A stretch of DNA of 64,000 nt from Felis catus (Eukaryota), in the NCBI RefSeq assembly GCF_018350175.1, contig NC_058368.1:207082001-207146000 (forward strand), read 5' to 3'. A program made the translations under genes and the position numbers. Below, piece after piece: positions 11,386 through 24,847 of the stretch. The notes under the pieces were generated by a model that was not told the origin of the DNA, made no database searches, and was given only the letters and a program-made list of their open reading frames with translations. Position 1 is the first letter of the stretch. The number at the start of each line of letters is the position of its first letter.

Positions 11386-13079
11386 AAAAAAGGCATATTG
11401 TAAAATGTAAAGGTTTTTAAAAATATAATACAATAAATGGAAGAGGGAAATTCAATTAGAACAAGTATAAAATCATCAACAGAGAAAGACTGTATATACT
11501 CAAGTTAGGAAAAATTATCCAGACATCCTACTTATGCCTAATGTAAACAGGAGTTTAAATGCATTAAAATGTATTTTGAGTGTTCTTTGGAGTTCATTAT
11601 ATACAGGTGACCATAATCCTTTACCTGAAATCATTCATCATTGCAACCAAGCTCAGTTTCAAGGGAGATTCATGAAATAGTGAGGGAAGAAGTGAGTGGA
11701 CATCTGCTTAACCTGTTAAATAAGCCTAAACAGTTTGGCAGATCACAATGACAAATTTCTGAATCACATTCGCACAGTAGTCCAATTCATTTTGAGAATT
11801 TTTAAAATCCCACTTGAGAAAATTGGAAAAAATCAGGTAGTGTCATAAAAAAGACTTTTCATACCAGAAAGGTGAAGAAGAGGAAGAAGTGAAAGGAGAA
11901 AGGTCAAAAGCTTCTACAATCCATTTATGAAAACACCAGAATTGAGCAATGGCCCCAAGGCAACAATAAAAGCAGAACAAAATCCCTGAAACATTAAGTA
12001 TTCTCTTTTGGTTGCTATAGGCAACTAGATGTTAAGCACACAACTCCTAGTTCCTGCTCAATTACCCTGTGATACCCCTACTACAAAGCTTTAGATGGTG
12101 TGAACATATGTGTGTATGAGTATTTCTGTTTCTTTAATAATACACAATCCTTATTAAAAAGCTAACCTTGAAGATAAGTGATAAAATTCAGATTCTGTGT
12201 TATTACAGAGTCTGGGGCAGGATTGGTGGATTGTTCTTGAGACTCCAAGATTTTCCCTAATGTCTGACTCATTCAAACTCTACACATAGACTTTACAAAA
12301 CAGTTTTTATCTCATTTCGAAGTTAAACTTTGACCATGTACTGTAGAGCTTTTTATTTGCTTTCATAAGGGAATTTCTTACCTTATGAGTGTGTTTAGAA
12401 AGACCCAAGGATTGCTCATAAAAACAGTCAAAATCCCAGTCAGAAGTTGCTCAGCCACTCTCCTGTATGCCTTCTAGAAAGGGCTGTTGAGAAAATTCAG
12501 GCCTATTAGCTACAGTCGTTAAGGTTTGTGAATTCCAGTGAGACATAGAAAACCGTCATCTCAGAGATTTAACAAGCAGGCCTTCTGACCTAACATTCCC
12601 TCTTGGAATCTTTTTCTACAGGATGATTTAATAGTTGTCACCCAGCTTGGGCTCTCAGCAACCACGCAGTATAACTATAACCATCAACTTTGACTGGTAT
12701 GCTCATTTACTACTGGCTAGGGTCTAAAAAAATAGTGAGACATGGCCCATTTCACCAAGCAACAAACTTTATCACCAATAGCAGTGCCAAGGGGAGGCTT
12801 GCAAACTGAGTGATGCTTTAGCACTCCCTCTTATCAGTAGCCATGCAACCCACCAAAGATAACCCAAATAAATATAACAGCTATGAAAAAAAACAGTATT
12901 CTTGCTATAGAAACACAGCCCCAAGAGAAGTTTCCTGGCCTCCAGGCTTCCATCCAGGTTGGGGTCCACAAACACTCCAAATAGAAATTCTGGATTTTAG
13001 TGCTGGAAATTCTGGAAATTAGTACTTCAACCATCTTAATATTTTTATATAATTCAAGGAAGTGAATTATTTATTGAGA

Positions 13080-13250
13080 AACTATTCTGTTTATTTCACC
13101 TGATTATTTCATCAATGCTTTGAGGTAGATATCACTATTCCAGTTTTACAGATAAGAAAACATAGAATGAGACACTTTAAGTAACGAGATCCCAGCCATG
13201 GAACTAATAGTGGCAGAACTAAGATCTGAACCATGCACACCTCTGTGTGT
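13080..13250 (-). mobile_element. MIR
   Basis: tttgaggtagatatcactattccagttttacagataagaaaac...agtggcagaactaagatctgaacc. Confidence 0.75.
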
Positions 13251-14440
13251 AGAACAGAGCTCCTACTCCATCATCTACACACACAAAGATGTCAATACTG
13301 ACTTTGATTAGCTACTGCATCTCTTTGTTTCAATGTTTGGGTTTGGTAAACCTTAACGGCAGTCAGAAAATATATTCTCGGTCTGAGAAAGATGGCATAA
13401 ATCCTAATCGGTATCTAAATTCATAGGATCCCATGTGATGTGTTCATTGGTTATGTGTTTTGTGCAACCTTTAACTCTTGAAGGTTGCCACTGATTACTT
13501 TGCAGGACTCTTGCTGTCCATCTTTCTCTAATTTCCTCCATATCTCTGCTGATTTTTCCCATTATAAATGCTTGATGTCTAAATATTTTTAGGATCTTAG
13601 AACACCTTCCACTCTTTGATTTGTCCATAATCAATTCTTGTCCCTACTCCCGACAGAAAGAAATATTCTATGCCTCTGCTATTCTATGCAAGGTATTTTT
13701 GTCAATATCAGCTGCATCATTTACTTGTAGTGGATACAAGCAGAATGGGAAGATATGAAAAAAACCCTCTTTTTTCCCTTTTTTCCCTCTCTGACCTCCC
13801 AAAATAGTTATAGTTAGCCATCCTCATCTCTGTCACTCAAGAGATAAGACAACTTAAACTTTTTTCATTTTACAATGAACCTTATCCAGTTCTGTTCTCA
13901 ATTTCACCTGTAAAAGAACTATCCATTTTTCACCCATTACATCTGCAACTTTTTTCACTCCAGTGGCTTTGTTATTATCTCCAAATCCTAGATTAGAATT
14001 CCTTCATTTACACTGTTAGCCCAGAAAGACCTGTAGTTCCACTATACAAGGGTGTTGGCTATAAAGGGGCCACTTCCTTTTAAAAAGCTAGATAAATAAA
14101 AGAATGCAATACCTAGGAATAAATTTAACCAAGAAGGTGAAACTGCTGTATACTGAAAACTACAAGATGTGAATAAAAGAAATTGAAGAAGACACAAGTA
14201 AATGGAAAGACATTCTGTGCTCATGGATTGGAATAATTAATATTGTTGAAATGTCCATACTACCCAAAGCAATCTACAGACTCAATGCAATCCCTATCAA
14301 AATTACAGTGTCATTTTTCAAAGAAATAGAACAAGTAATTCTGAAATTTGTAAGGAGCCACAAAAATCTATAAATAGTCAAAAAAACTTGAAAAAGAAGA
14401 ACAAAGTTGCAGGAATCACACTCCCTGATTTTAAAATGTA

Positions 14441-14639
14441 TTTTTTTAAGTTTATTTACTTTTTGAGAGAGGGAAAGAGAGAGAGTGCCAGAGAGGCAGA
14501 AGGAGGAGGAGACACAGAATCTGCACTGCATTGTCAGTGTAGAACCAGATGTAGGGCTTAAACTCACAAACTGTGAGATCATGACCTGAGCTGAAGTCAA
14601 GAGTTGGATGCTTAACTGACTGAGCCACCCAGGCTCCCC
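14441..14639 (-). mobile_element. Can-SINE nested in L1
   Basis: Antisense SINE; L1 sequence resumes on both sides. Confidence 0.93.
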
Positions 14640-14812
14640 TAAAACTATATGTCAAAGCTATAGTTTTTAAAACTACATTATATTGGCATAAAACTATGGA
14701 ACAGAATCAATGGAACAGAATAGAGAACCCATAAATAAACCCATACATATACAGTCAATTAACTTATAACATAGGAGCCAAGAATATGCAACAGGGAAAG
14801 GACAGTCTCTTT

Positions 14813-15023
14813 TTTTTTTTTAACGTTTATTTATTTTTGAGACAGAGAGACAGAGCATGAACAGGGGAGGGGCAGAGAGAGAGGGAGACACAGAACCTGA
14901 AACAGGCTCCAGGCTCTGAGCTGTCAGCACAGAGCCCAACGCAGGGCTTGAACTCACGGACCTCGAGATCATGACCTGAGCCGAAGTCAGATGCTTAACC
15001 TACCAAACCACCCAGGTGCCCCC
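14813..15023 (-). mobile_element. Can-SINE nested in L1
   Basis: Perfect TSD aaggacagtctcttt at 14798-14812 and 15024-15038. Confidence 0.96.
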
Positions 15024-16249
15024 AAGGACAGTCTCTTTAATAAGTAGTGCTGGGAATGCTGACCTGCCACTTACAAAAGAATGAAACTTGACTACTATCT
15101 TAACACCATACACACAAATTATCTCTAAATGGATTAAATGCTTGAACATAAGACGTGAAACCATAAAATTCCTAGAAGAAAACATAGGCAGTAAGCTCCT
15201 GACACAGGTCTTAGAGATTATTTTTTTAATCTAACACCAAAAGCTGCACAGCAAAGGAGACCATCAACAAAATGAAAAGACAACCTACTGAATACAAAAA
15301 AATACTTGCAAATCATGTATCTGAGAAGGGCCTGGTATATAAAATATACAAATAACTAATATACCTCAATAGCAAAAAAAAAAAAAAAAAAAAACCAACC
15401 CTTAACAATCCAATTAAAAAATGAGAAGATCTGAATAGACATTTCCCCAAAGAAGACATACAGATGGCCAACAGGCACATAAACAGATGCTCGACATCAC
15501 TAATCATCATGAAAATGGAAATCACAACAATGAGGTATAACCTCACATGTGTTAGAATAGCTATTATCAAAAAGACAAGAAAGAACAACTGTGTACTGAG
15601 GAGGTGGAGAAAAGGGCATCTTGGTGCACTGTTAGCTGGGAAGGTAAACCAGTATAGCCGCTATGGAAACAGTATGGAGGTTTCTCGAAAAATTAAAAAT
15701 AGCATTACCATATGATCCAGAAATCTCACTTATGGTTGTTTATCTGAAGAAAAATAAATCACTATTTCTAAAAGATAGATGTACCCCCAAGTTCCCTGAA
15801 GCTTTATTTACAATAGCCAAAATACAAAACTTAAGTGCCCACTGATGGATGAATAAACTGTGGTGTGTGTGTATAACAAAATTATATTCAGCTATAAAAA
15901 AGAATGAAATCTTGCCATTTGCGACAACATGGATGGACCTCTAGGGCATTATGCTAAATGAAATAAGTCAAACAGCAAAGAGAAACACCCTATAATCTCT
16001 CCTATATGCAGAATATAAGCAAACAAACAAGCTCACAGATACAGAGAATAGGTTGGTGGTTGCCAGAGGCAAGGGTTTGGGGCAGAATAAATGGGTAAAG
16101 GGGGTCAAAAGGTAAGAGTAAAATAAGTGCAAAAAAGAAACTGAGGTCTGTTTGTATTTAAAAATATTCTTAAGAGGATCAGTCTTCAATCTTTTAAGAA
16201 GCACAGACTGAGGTCGCTTTGGGAAGTATTTGCAGTAGCTTCCAGCCAA

Positions 16250-16432
16250 TGTTGTTTACTTGAAAACCTTGTTCAAAAAAAAGTTAAGCACACACTTACC
16301 ATACGACTTTTTAACTTCACTCCTAGGTATTTGTCCAAGGTAAAATGAAAACATGCTCACCCAAAAACCCGTACGAGAATGCTTATAGCAGCCTTTTTAA
16401 TACTTCTCCCTAAATGAAAATAATCCAAATGC
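16250..16432 (+). mobile_element. Old L1M fragment
   Basis: aagttaagcacacacttaccatacgac...ctcctaggtattt...aatgcttatagcagcc. Confidence 0.75.
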
Positions 16433-16699
16433 CTTATACTAAGTGAAAGAAGCCCCAGGATATGTGTAAATTTTGGGGGACAGCGAAGGAAAGCTCCACA
16501 TCCTGGCGTGCAGTGGTTGTAAGCCGTTTTTCAGGAGCAGAATGGCTTCTGAAACACACCTGAAACTGTCCTAGCTGAATGAGACACCCTCCCTCCTCCC
16601 CAACCCAGACGGAAGCTTCAGCTCCTGGCACAAAGTTGGGGAGAATTTTGTGTTGAGAACATAATTCATTCCCTAGGCCCTTTCTGCCTCCTCAATAAT

Positions 16700-17180
16700 T
16701 TCTGGAAATTCTTACACAACCGTAGTTTTGAACGGACCCACCTTTGGAGAACTCAGTTTCCAGAACCTTCCGGCCACCATTGAACCCCCACCTTATGCCA
16801 AGCCCTGCACAAGGTGCTAGAGCACCAGAGCAAGATAAGAACACTCGGGAATATGTCCCAGTTGAGTGGGAACTCTGCTCCTCAAGGAGAATGTTTGAGG
16901 TCAGCCCTTCCACACTTGCCACACTCCAGCTAATTTCAGAGTGGCAGGGAAACTGTACAGAGGAGATGCCAGAGATTAAAGAACTGGAGTGGGGTAAGGG
17001 CACAGAGACCAGCAGTGGGTGTCCCTGGAGTGTGTGTGAGTCCATGCACAGCACAGGGTGGCAGAGAAGGAGGACACATGAAGGATGATTTTCTCTGATT
17101 CAGGCATTTCTTGTGTAATAGCATCTTTGCACACTCAATCCCATTTTAGGATATGCTTCTTGGATGAACTAGAAGAACAA
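16700..17180 (+). mobile_element. Probable old ERVL-class LTR (LTR16/LTR33-like)
   Basis: 3' end cactcaatcccattttaggatatgcttcttggatgaactagaagaaca resembles LTR16/33 termini; 5' boundary uncertain. Confidence 0.4.
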
Positions 17181-17313
17181 GCAAGCATTTATACTACTTA
17201 CAGGACCATGAAATATTTTTTTAACTGCAAGCCCAAGCTTGGTTTACAGATGAACTGGTCTGTTACATGAGTACAAGCCATAAATAGATAGTGACTAAAT
17301 TATACTTCATTTA

Positions 17314-17526
17314 AATTTTTTTTAATGTTTTTATTTATTTTTGAGACAGAGAGACAGAATATGAGCAGGGGAGGGGCAGAGAGAGAGGGAGATACAGAAT
17401 CTGAAGCAGGCTCCAGGCTCTGAGCTCTCAGCACAGAGCCCCACGCGGGGCTGGAACCCACAGACTGTGAGATCATGACCTGAGCCGAAGTCAGACGCTT
17501 AACCGACTGAGCCACTCAGGCGCCCC
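17314..17526 (-). mobile_element. Can-SINE
   Basis: TSD aaattatacttcattta / aaattacacttcattta. Confidence 0.96.
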
Positions 17527-17649
17527 AAAATTACACTTCATTTAGATATGCCCTTGAAAGATAATAGGAAAAATTTCCCAAAAAGAAGAGCCTTGAACCA
17601 TGTACCTAGTTATTTATTTTGGGTGGAGGTGGACTGAAATGACAACAAT

Positions 17650-19140
17650 ATATACCTAGAGAACAATACACAACCATCTCCACAATTTACCTTTGATTCA
17701 AGCCTTCTTGATTCTTCATCCAATCTTATTGTCCTTTACAGTAATTGCTGCCTCCTGGATTCTGATATTTTAGTGCCCCACCCCCCACCTGACTTTTATT
17801 ACTTCGTGGCTACATCTCCATGGATATTAATAACTCAGCTCTACAACCGTCTCCCCTACCATCACCCCTGGCCTACATAGAAAACCTACTACTGAAGTTC
17901 CACTGATGCTGGCGCCCCTTTTATGAGCACATTCCTCATGGATTCAGTGAATAGTGTGTCCTTCTGGATTTTCTCATGGAACATGATTTTCTGCAAGGTC
18001 TTCATATAATATATCTCTTCCAGGATGCTTCTTTCAACCTCTTTATTACTTCTGCTGTCTATGAGGGAAACTTGTCCATTTATACTTTGCCGAATTTTGA
18101 CCATCACTTTGTCCAGACTTCTACAAGTCATTCCAGTAGCAAGTTGTCTTCTGGAGCTAGATCCTGTGTCTTGAGAGAGTGAGCCCAAGTCATGGAATTC
18201 TTGGTTATCCAGCCTTACTAAGCACTTTCAAAATTCACTAACAGGCATTCTTCTCACTCCTACTGCTACATACTGGTTACCTTTTGCAAACCAGTTGATG
18301 TGCAACATCTTTTTCTTAAATCAAGCTTAGCACAAATCATTCACAAATCCCAAGCTTAGCACAAATCCCATCCATATCATGCCAAAATTTAATGTTACTT
18401 TTTGGCCTGGCAGTCAGGACAGAATGTGGAGGCATTTCCTGAAGCAGACTCCTGTTGCCTTGCAATGAGGAGGTACCTGTAGAATATTCTAGCACAGCAG
18501 AACTGCTAGTTCTTACTTTGGAAGGGTGAGTCACCTCAACAAGCCTAGAGAGTTCAGGCGAGCTGCAGACTCAACCTCTACAGAGACATCCAGCCAGATG
18601 TTACCATCTTATACTACAGGGCCCAGGCTTTCCCATCAGGGCCTTTATCTCCACATATTGGAATTGACTTGGCCATGCATGGAATGTCTCTAAAACTCTG
18701 AAATTTTAACAATAATGTCCTTGGCCTGCTGCTTAGCAGGCCTTTCTCCCATTGCAGAGGGTAAGGGACTTTTTGTTAAGGCCTTTGGCTCTCACGCATA
18801 GCCATCAAAATCAAGACTGTTTTTCAAAGGCCCTTAATCTCTCATTTTTCCTCTTCATGTGATCAGTACAACTTTTCAATAACCAGCAGACTCCACTGTT
18901 TTTCCGGACTTCCCTCTCTGTATATTTTAAATTCTTTTATTCTTTGGCCTGTAACATTATTTTTCTACACTAGGATATTCTTCCAAGGTCTTTAGTGGTT
19001 AAGCTGCTTCTGTGTTCCAGGCATTTCCCAGGCCCCACCTACCAACCACAACGGTGTTCTTTTCACCTGCAGGGCAGTGGATAAAGTCTTGAATCTCAAT
19101 CTTACCCAATGTCTTCTTGGACCACTCTTGGAACCACAAG
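17650..19140 (-). mobile_element. ERV-L (HERV16/ERV3-16A3-like) internal region: PBS, leader and decayed gag
   Basis: Minus-strand peptide DTLFTESMRNVLIKGAPAS (ORF 17889-18188) resembles the ERV-L gag motif; PBS-like tggttccaagagtggt (rc of 19121-19136) directly after the LTR; multiple stops/frameshifts. Confidence 0.8.
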
Positions 19141-19400
19141 TGTCAGTCTAGATCATCTGAGAAGCAGGCACCAAGACAGAACCAAGAATATTAGAGATTT
19201 ATTAAGGAAAATGCCTGTGATGGAAAACAGAGCTGGAGGAGGCTGAGAGATCTGTAACATCACAGTGTTGGTCTGATTCTTGTGAAGGAGAGTGGGAAGG
19301 AGTAAAGGTGAGGCAGAAGGGTCTTAGATTATGGTGAAGTTCTGTATAACTTTATCAAGTCTGACAGGGTGTTCTGAGCTCAAATGATCAATCTATCAGG
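19141..19400 (-). mobile_element. 5' LTR of the ERV-L remnant (LTR16-family-like)
   Basis: tgtcagtctagatcatctgagaagcaggcaccaagacag...agatttattaaggaaaatgcctgtga; rc ends in CA and abuts the PBS. Confidence 0.75.
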
Positions 19401-19478
19401 GAAGTCTCCTGTATACCTTCCAAATTTACCTCTTCTGTATTCAGAATACTCAGTTATGATAAATATTTTACCTTGTCA

Positions 19479-20082
19479 TCTGTGGTATGCTGGTAAATGT
19501 GTAATAACTGGGTCACCAGAAAAAAAAGAAAACCAGTCCTGATTGACAGCAATATCCCAGCATATCTCATTGCAGGCTACCAACAAGGTATCACTCAGTG
19601 CAAAGTTGAATCTAGATGTAGCAACAAATATCATTATATAGTATTTCCACTATATAAATACAATAGACATAAAACCTCAAGACCACGGAAAATAGCAATG
19701 ACAAGGGAATAATGGTTATTACCTTTGTTTTGCATATATTATTTAATTATTTACATAATTTATATAATTTATATAATTATATATTTATATAATTTAATAT
19801 AATTAAATTATATATAAATTTATATAAATTTTATATAAATTTATTTAAAATTATTTAAATTATTTATTTAAAATTATAAATTTATTAAAATTATTTATAT
19901 AATTTAATATAATTAAATTATATATAAATTTATATAAAATTTATATAAATTTATATAAAAATATATAAATTTATATAATTTAATTTTAAATATTGGCTGT
20001 TTCAAACAACAACCTTACAAAATTCCTGAAAAATGTGCAATTGGGCCTGGCTAGCTGGTATGAGACACTCTACCATACTATT
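19479..20082. mobile_element. MER63-like hAT-Blackjack element with internal AT expansion
   Basis: gtggtatgctggtaaatgtgtaataactgg start; aaaattcctgaaaa...gctagctggtatgag...ccatacta end. Confidence 0.7.
19735..19992. repeat. Almost pure A/T low-complexity tract with internal duplication
   Basis: Essentially no G/C; 47-bp exact repeat at 19782-19828 and 19892-19938. Confidence 0.9.
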
Positions 20083-20479
20083 TTTTTATGACCCTTTTAA
20101 GTCCTCTTCCCTGGCTTACGTCTTCTTACTCCATTCTCCTGAAGAGCTACCTCTACTTTGGATCTTCCCCATCTCTATCTTCTTGATCTTTATTAGCAGC
20201 ACCATTTCTATGCCTTTGGTTTTCCCAGCTTAGCAATCCAGAGAAACCTAAATCTGTAAAATAACCAATTCTTCCATACAGTACAGAGAACTGGCAACTC
20301 TAGACATCCTAATTAGAAAAATCTCGCCTTACGTTCTTGTGCCATCAGTTTCTAGAAGATAAAAATAAAAAAATTATCTGCAAGCCTAAACCAGGAAGCC
20401 CACAAGCAAGAACATCTTATGTAAGACGTGCATCCGTCCTGGTCAAAACTTGATCTTTCAGTTCACTTTAAGGTCTGAT

Positions 20480-20880
20480 ACTGGGTTTTCCCAGGGGTAG
20501 ACTCTGCTACAAGGAATCAAGGGCAAGTAGTTTACCTGTGGGATACAGGAGACACAGCAATGCCAGCCAATAAAGGCTACACTACTAAACCATCTACTGC
20601 AGGGAGCAACGGGAGTTTGATCCCATGGAGAACCCAGGAAACTGCTAAGCACACATCTAAGAATTTGTGCAGCTCCTGAGAGCCTCTGTGAGAAATGCTG
20701 GGGAGGTGGAATGAGGCTGTGAATTTTCCAGAATTTCTTCTCTGCTTGGATAGAGCTTTCCTCCATTCCGATAAAACAGCCCTCAGGAATACATGTACAG
20801 ATCCCAGCAACTGAACGTCCGCTGGAGCATGCTGGAAGATGAGGAGTTATGGCCAGGGCACTGACAACATCTGCTACCCA
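20480..20880 (-). mobile_element. Old ERVL-class LTR (LTR33/LTR40/LTR41-like)
   Basis: gggttttcccaggggtagactctgctacaaggaatcaagggcaagtagttta...gacaacatctgctac. Confidence 0.65.
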
Positions 20881-21135
20881 CAGTAAGGGGCCCCTGAAGG
20901 AAAGACTTCCTTGAGAATCTGGGATTTCATCTTTCAAAATGGCTTTGCCCCTTTATCATTACAATTCCAACCATTTTTTTTAAATACCCAACGTAGTCAT
21001 ATAACCCTCTTATGACTGTATGTATGTCTTGTATGTGCAGTATGTTAAAACATAGCATGGAGAAGCGGAATTTCTTTCTACATCTTTTCTGACTTTGAAG
21101 ACCAGAGTATATTTATTAATATTTTTTCAGAAGGG

Positions 21136-21518
21136 TGTTATGGACTGAATTGTGTCCCTCCCCCCAACTTCATATGTTGAAGCCTTAAACCCCTATGTGA
21201 CTGTATTTGGAGATACATTTTTAAAAAGTAAAGTTACATGGGGTTATATGGGTGGCCCTCAGTCCAATACAGTATTACTGATGTCCTCATGGAAAGAGGG
21301 AAAATCAGGGAGGTGCGCACCCAGAAAAAGGGCCATGTGAGGACACAATGGGAAGCTAGCCATCTGCAAGCCGAGGAGAGAGGCTTCAAGAGAACCCAAA
21401 CCTTCTAATACCTTGATATTGGACTTCCAGCCGCCAGAACTATGAGAAAATAAACTTCTGTTGTTTAAGCCGGCCACTCTCTGGTATTTTGTTATGGCAG
21501 CCTTAGCAGACCAATGCA
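21136..21518 (+). mobile_element. MLT1B-like MaLR solo LTR
   Basis: tgttatggactgaattgtgtcc...ggcagccttagcagaccaatgca; perfect 5-bp TSD aaggg at 21131-21135 and 21519-21523. Confidence 0.93.
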
Positions 21519-22531
21519 AAGGGATATTGTCTCCTCATTTCTCAACTGTAGTATAACCTAGCATAACCCTGAGTTTAACAGTGACTTTGAAACAAATTAG
21601 AACCTTTCAAAGAGATTTTTCAATTCATTACTCATGAATGCTATACAACCTTCAATATACATAGCACTATAAGTTTCCAAAACATGGCCTCAAAACCAAG
21701 ACTGAAAATAAAAGTGCTGGAAATTGTTTTATTATCTCTCTCACTTTGTTTCTGACATGACTGAGTTTGGAATGCTGTCCTCTCATTGTGTTTAGACAGC
21801 CAAAGGTATTAGCTCAGTCTGAATTTCCCAAATATGATACTCATGTCTCTACAATATCCAGGAACTCACTTTTATTTATTTAAATAAACTTATGTGTTTA
21901 TTTTAAGGAATAAAATATTCATTAGGTGTGTGACTTCTGAAGTTTTGGGCTATTTCTCACTGACTATGATAGTAACTATTTAATTATTTTACATTGATGC
22001 TTTGGCACATGCTTTAATTGATCCATTTATATAGCCAATAGCATAAAAGTATGAAGATAATTTCTGTTAAAACAAAAATGGCATCACTAAGACAATAAAA
22101 TTTTCACATTATTTCAGATAATATCTTTACAAAAATAGAAGCAATGCTTTTCTTGAATATCTTATGAATATATTTTCTCATGTCCTTTTTAATAGCTCCA
22201 GCTTCTTTTGGTTAGGTCATTATATAGCTAGTAGTTACAATTTGATTTTTAAAAGCTCTTTAAACACATTAAGACAGTCTCGTGAAACCTAATCTCTCTT
22301 TCCAACCAGAGAGAGAAGGTTTAGCAAAACCACGGATGAAATAATGGAAAATATTCACAAATTACGTTCAAGTTGTTCTTAATCTGAATCTGATCATTTA
22401 AAAACTATAGGTAGTACGAGGTACTTTGGGCAGCAAATTCTGCAAAAAAAGGATTCAAAACTGGGACTGTAATGACCAGATTGTGCTGATGAGTCTTCAT
22501 TAGCATCTTCAGTGAACTAAGTGGATACATG

Positions 22532-22735
22532 ATTTTTTTAGTTTTTTTTTAAGAGTGACAGAGACAGAACAAGTAGGGGAGGGGCTGGGGGGGGGCGGAG
22601 AAAAGAATCCCAAGCAGGCTTTGCACTGCCAGCACAGAGCCCGAAACAGGGCTGAAATTCATGAAACTGGGAGATCATGACCTGAGCCAAAACCAAGAGT
22701 CAGATGCTTAACCAATTGAGCCACCCAGGCGTCCC
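22532..22735 (-). mobile_element. Can-SINE
   Basis: Antisense body; short TSD tggataca. Confidence 0.93.
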
Positions 22736-23689
22736 TGGATACACACATCTCCTAAGTGGCCTAGCAGACTGGAGATAAAGAAAACAAGAATAACAGAATC
22801 AAAATCAGTGTGAGCAGTAGAACAAATATCACAAAACAATGAAATACATTTACGTGCCATCTCACTTTATGTCTTGCCTCTTCGGTCCTTCTTGACCACC
22901 TTCCTTCCTGCCTCATGACACATCTTATTTGCAGAGTGTCAGTTTCCACACAGGATCAATCACCCAGAACAAGACTGGGATATATTCTGGACCTTTCCTA
23001 AATGATACCTCCCATCATTATCTCCCTATATTATCGGGGCTCTTCTCTCAGTAAGATAGTGTTTGTTGCTTTAGATATTTGGCATTATTTTCTATGAGGT
23101 ATGATATTGCTTATGAATTAAATTTAAACTAAAATTTAGAAAACCTATTCCTAATTAGAAAGACTTTTAAAGGATAATCTAATTCTAGATAAGCCTAGTA
23201 GAATAAGGAGTTTTATATTTTACTGTTCTTTTAAGACTGCCTTTCCCCACCTAACCGTGATAACAACGAGGTCCCTTAAAATACTCCCCCCATCCCACAC
23301 TTTTGCTAGCCGCTAGCATTTTTCCTGGTAATTGATGCCTGCTAGTGAAAGAGGGGCCATGCCATGCAGGATGGAACTGATTGTTAATTAGGTTTCACCA
23401 TAAGATCAAACGATACCCAACCTTCTTTAAATTCTAAGGTAAAGAAAATACTTACAGTCTTAGTCGGGCTTGGTTTCATTAATGTACTGTGTTGATAGGT
23501 AAACACAAAGACTCCATACTTGAACAAAAGTTATCTCCTGTTCATCCACCATGTCCAGAATGGACATAAAGTGAGATTGGCTCCGCATGTCACACAAAAC
23601 ACAGGCTGTTGTATGTTTCACACCTTTTATCTGCATCCTGTGTATCACATGGTCTTCTTGATTGAAGAATAGAGACTGAAATTATACTT

Positions 23690-23855
23690 GGACTTTGTAC
23701 CATCTCTGCCAGTAAATTACATATATCACTTTGCCTCACAACCTATTGTCTAGAACTAGTCATGGGGCCCTGCCTAATTACAAGCAGGTAGAAGAGTGAA
23801 ATCCAGCCATGTATTTAGAAGGAGAAGAGAACTGCATATGGATAAGCAACAAAAT
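23690..23855 (-). mobile_element. Old MLT1 (J/K/L-like) fragment
   Basis: cctattgtctagaactagtcatggggccctgcctaattacaagcagg...agaaggagaagagaact. Confidence 0.55.
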
Positions 23856-24173
23856 TTTCTAAAAATAATTCATCTTACTAGACTCCCTAGTAGAATGATA
23901 ATGAATTGGTAATTTTAAACCAATATAAGCAATTATAAATTATACATATATATGTATAAATTATACATGTAAGCAATTTTAAAACAGTTAAGAAAAGTGT
24001 TGCACATATCAAATCACTTTATAAAGCAAACATATCCAATAATATACATCCACATTGGTATTATGTCCCTGCAAAGGTATATACGTGAGATACTTTTTGA
24101 TAACTCCTTCTTGAAAATTGTGTTCAGATTCAGTAATACATACCCATGTATGGTTTTAACTTCATAGCTCCTT

Positions 24174-24375
24174 CTATCTTCTTCTTCTTTTTTTTTATTT
24201 TAGAGAGAGAGAAAGCATGAGCGGGAGAGAGTGGCAGAGGGAGAGAGAGAATCCTAAGCAGGTTCCATGCTCAGCACAGAGCCCAACACAGGGCTTGATC
24301 CCACAACCCCAGGATCATGACCTGAGCCTAAATTGAGAGTTGGACGCTCAACTGACTGAGCCACCCAGGTACCCC
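24174..24375 (-). mobile_element. Can-SINE (older subfamily)
   Basis: TSD aacttcatagctcctt / aatttcatagcttctt. Confidence 0.93.
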
Positions 24376-24847
24376 AATTTCATAGCTTCTTGGTCAGAGA
24401 CAGAATGATTGGCTTGATAACTTGTCTATGCTGTAGCTTTACTCCAAATTTTATTTATGTGTGTTTATTTCATTTATTTCTTCAAAAATATGCAATACTA
24501 TTTAATGCAGGCTCTGAAGAAAATTTACACAAGTAAATTTCTAGAAATGTGTTAACAACTTAGTCATAGAATGTGTTGTAGTTGGTTGCTTTGAATGCCT
24601 ACCTGAAAGGATAATACATTTGAAAGTGTGATGTTGGTTCCAAATTTTTATTTAGAACTTTTATTATTCCCTTAAATTCGTAATCATACTTATTTAAAAA
24701 TTTAGTGCAGGAGGATATTTACAAAGTCAGCAAAATTTAAATCCCATACAGAACCTAAGTGTGAAAACAGACTGATAATAAGCCAAGCTGATGGCTGCTG
24801 CATATCCTTTTATTCTGCCTGGGAGGCAGTTTTACATTTCTCTAATA

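Larger units (their letters stand above)
14097..16113 (+). mobile_element. Decayed L1 (L1MA-type): ORF2 C-terminal part and 3' UTR, interrupted by two SINEs
   Basis: Canonical ORF2 motifs atacctaggaataaatttaacc (YLGINLT), tcatggattgga, atcaatggaacagaatagag; supplied ORFs [21 protein letters not shown] and [15 protein letters not shown] are L1 ORF2-like; frameshifted. Confidence 0.95.

Noticed and set aside
12382..12473. Minus-strand exon-like segment (tttctAG...ataag|GTAAGA) with one open frame KAYRRVAEQLLTGILTVFMSNPWVFLNTLI
   Set aside because: Isolated, peptide unrecognised, no compatible neighbouring exons; expected by chance in 64 kb
15313..15845. ORFs resembling a real protein
   Set aside because: Frameshifted L1 ORF2 C-terminus and its antisense; not a host gene or an intact L1
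17889..18188. Possible domesticated gag gene
   Set aside because: Only a short motif is in frame; the surrounding gag has stops and frameshifts
20458..20937. 159-aa minus-strand ORF
   Set aside because: Lies over an old LTR; no recognisable domain or splice structure
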